From NCBI GenBank assembly GCA_051530055.1, contig CM121343.1:3132389-3196388 (forward strand): 64,000 nt of DNA, read 5' to 3'. Source of the stretch: Neoechinorhynchus agilis. Lineage: Eukaryota > Animalia > Acanthocephala. The notes beneath the pieces are model-generated. The model was given only the letters and a program-made list of their open reading frames with translations, made no database searches and was not told where the DNA came from. Position numbers and translations under genes: made by a program. This document shows, piece by piece, positions 63,522 through 64,000 of the stretch. Position 1 is the first letter of the stretch; each line of letters opens with the position of its first letter.

Positions 63522-64000
63522 ATGTCGGAGCAGTTGGACGCAACGAACCCAAGTGATATTTACGTTCATCATCATCACCATCACCATCATCGTCCGTACC
63601 ATCAACCAGCAATTCAATCATTACCATCGCAGCTTTACACGGGCACTTCTAATGGAGAATATCCACATTTTAATAATCCACATTACGATAGCAACGCCGC
63701 CTATTCTCCCTACTTCGTTGAACGACAACATCAATTCCAATGCTATCTACATCCGTCGTCGTTTTATACACCGCCACCAGCCACAAATCAATACACAATG
63801 ATTTCTCCTTTCAATCATCCCGAAACAACCGCTCTGTGCCATCAGCAGCAGCAGCAATCACAAAGGTTCTGCAATGATCAGCTATGCTATTTCTCAACCA
63901 ACGATGGAATCGCAACTCAACTCAGGCAACAACGTTTCACGTACCCACATGCCGCCACACGAACGGCCACTACCGTTCTACCACCACCGCCACCACCACC
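63522..64000 (+). CDS. His/Gln/Pro-rich N-terminus running off the right edge; possible transcription factor
   Basis: Open frame MSEQLDATNPSDIYVHHHHHHHH...QQQQQ...PPPPPP with no stop before the edge. Confidence 0.6.
   Translation, partial: MSEQLDATNPSDIYVHHHHHHHHRPYHQPAIQSLPSQLYTGTSNGEYPHFNNPHYDSNAAYSPYFVERQHQFQCYLHPSSFYTPPPATNQYTMISPFNHPETTALCHQQQQQSQRFCNDQLCYFSTNDGIATQLRQQRFTYPHAATRTATTVLPPPPPP

Overview
Eukaryotic DNA from a compact invertebrate (metazoan) genome; the taxon cannot be fixed from this window. Recognisable genes: MED12, an FMR1/FXR ortholog, ARPC2, an SRSF3/7-like splicing factor, PRPS1, MCU, synaptotagmin-1, an Rx/Homeobrain-like PRD homeobox gene, Fcf2/DNTTIP2, a Ly6/uPAR-type GPI protein, a probable F-box gene and a few unknowns. 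Between them lie three satellite arrays (68/69, 184 and about 203 bp units), many dead non-LTR retrotransposon fragments and several foldback/MITE elements. Ordinary 45-80 nt GT-AG introns are present. The striking result is a second class of coding-sequence interruption in MED12, ARPC2 (three), PRPS1, MCU (two or three) and probably the SR and F-box genes. These are 33-281 nt inserts without GT-AG, GC-AG or U12-type ends. Each is bounded by a 4-7 nt direct repeat that usually contains the same or a synonymous in-frame codon, and each folds into a hairpin on the sense strand with G-U pairs. Removing the insert plus one repeat copy restores the frame, and in three cases gives a gap-free alignment to the human ortholog (recalled from memory). 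Candidate mechanisms are structure-guided non-canonical splicing, programmed ribosomal bypassing (T4 gene 60 / byps-like) or IES-like DNA excision. All alignments and folds were done by eye.
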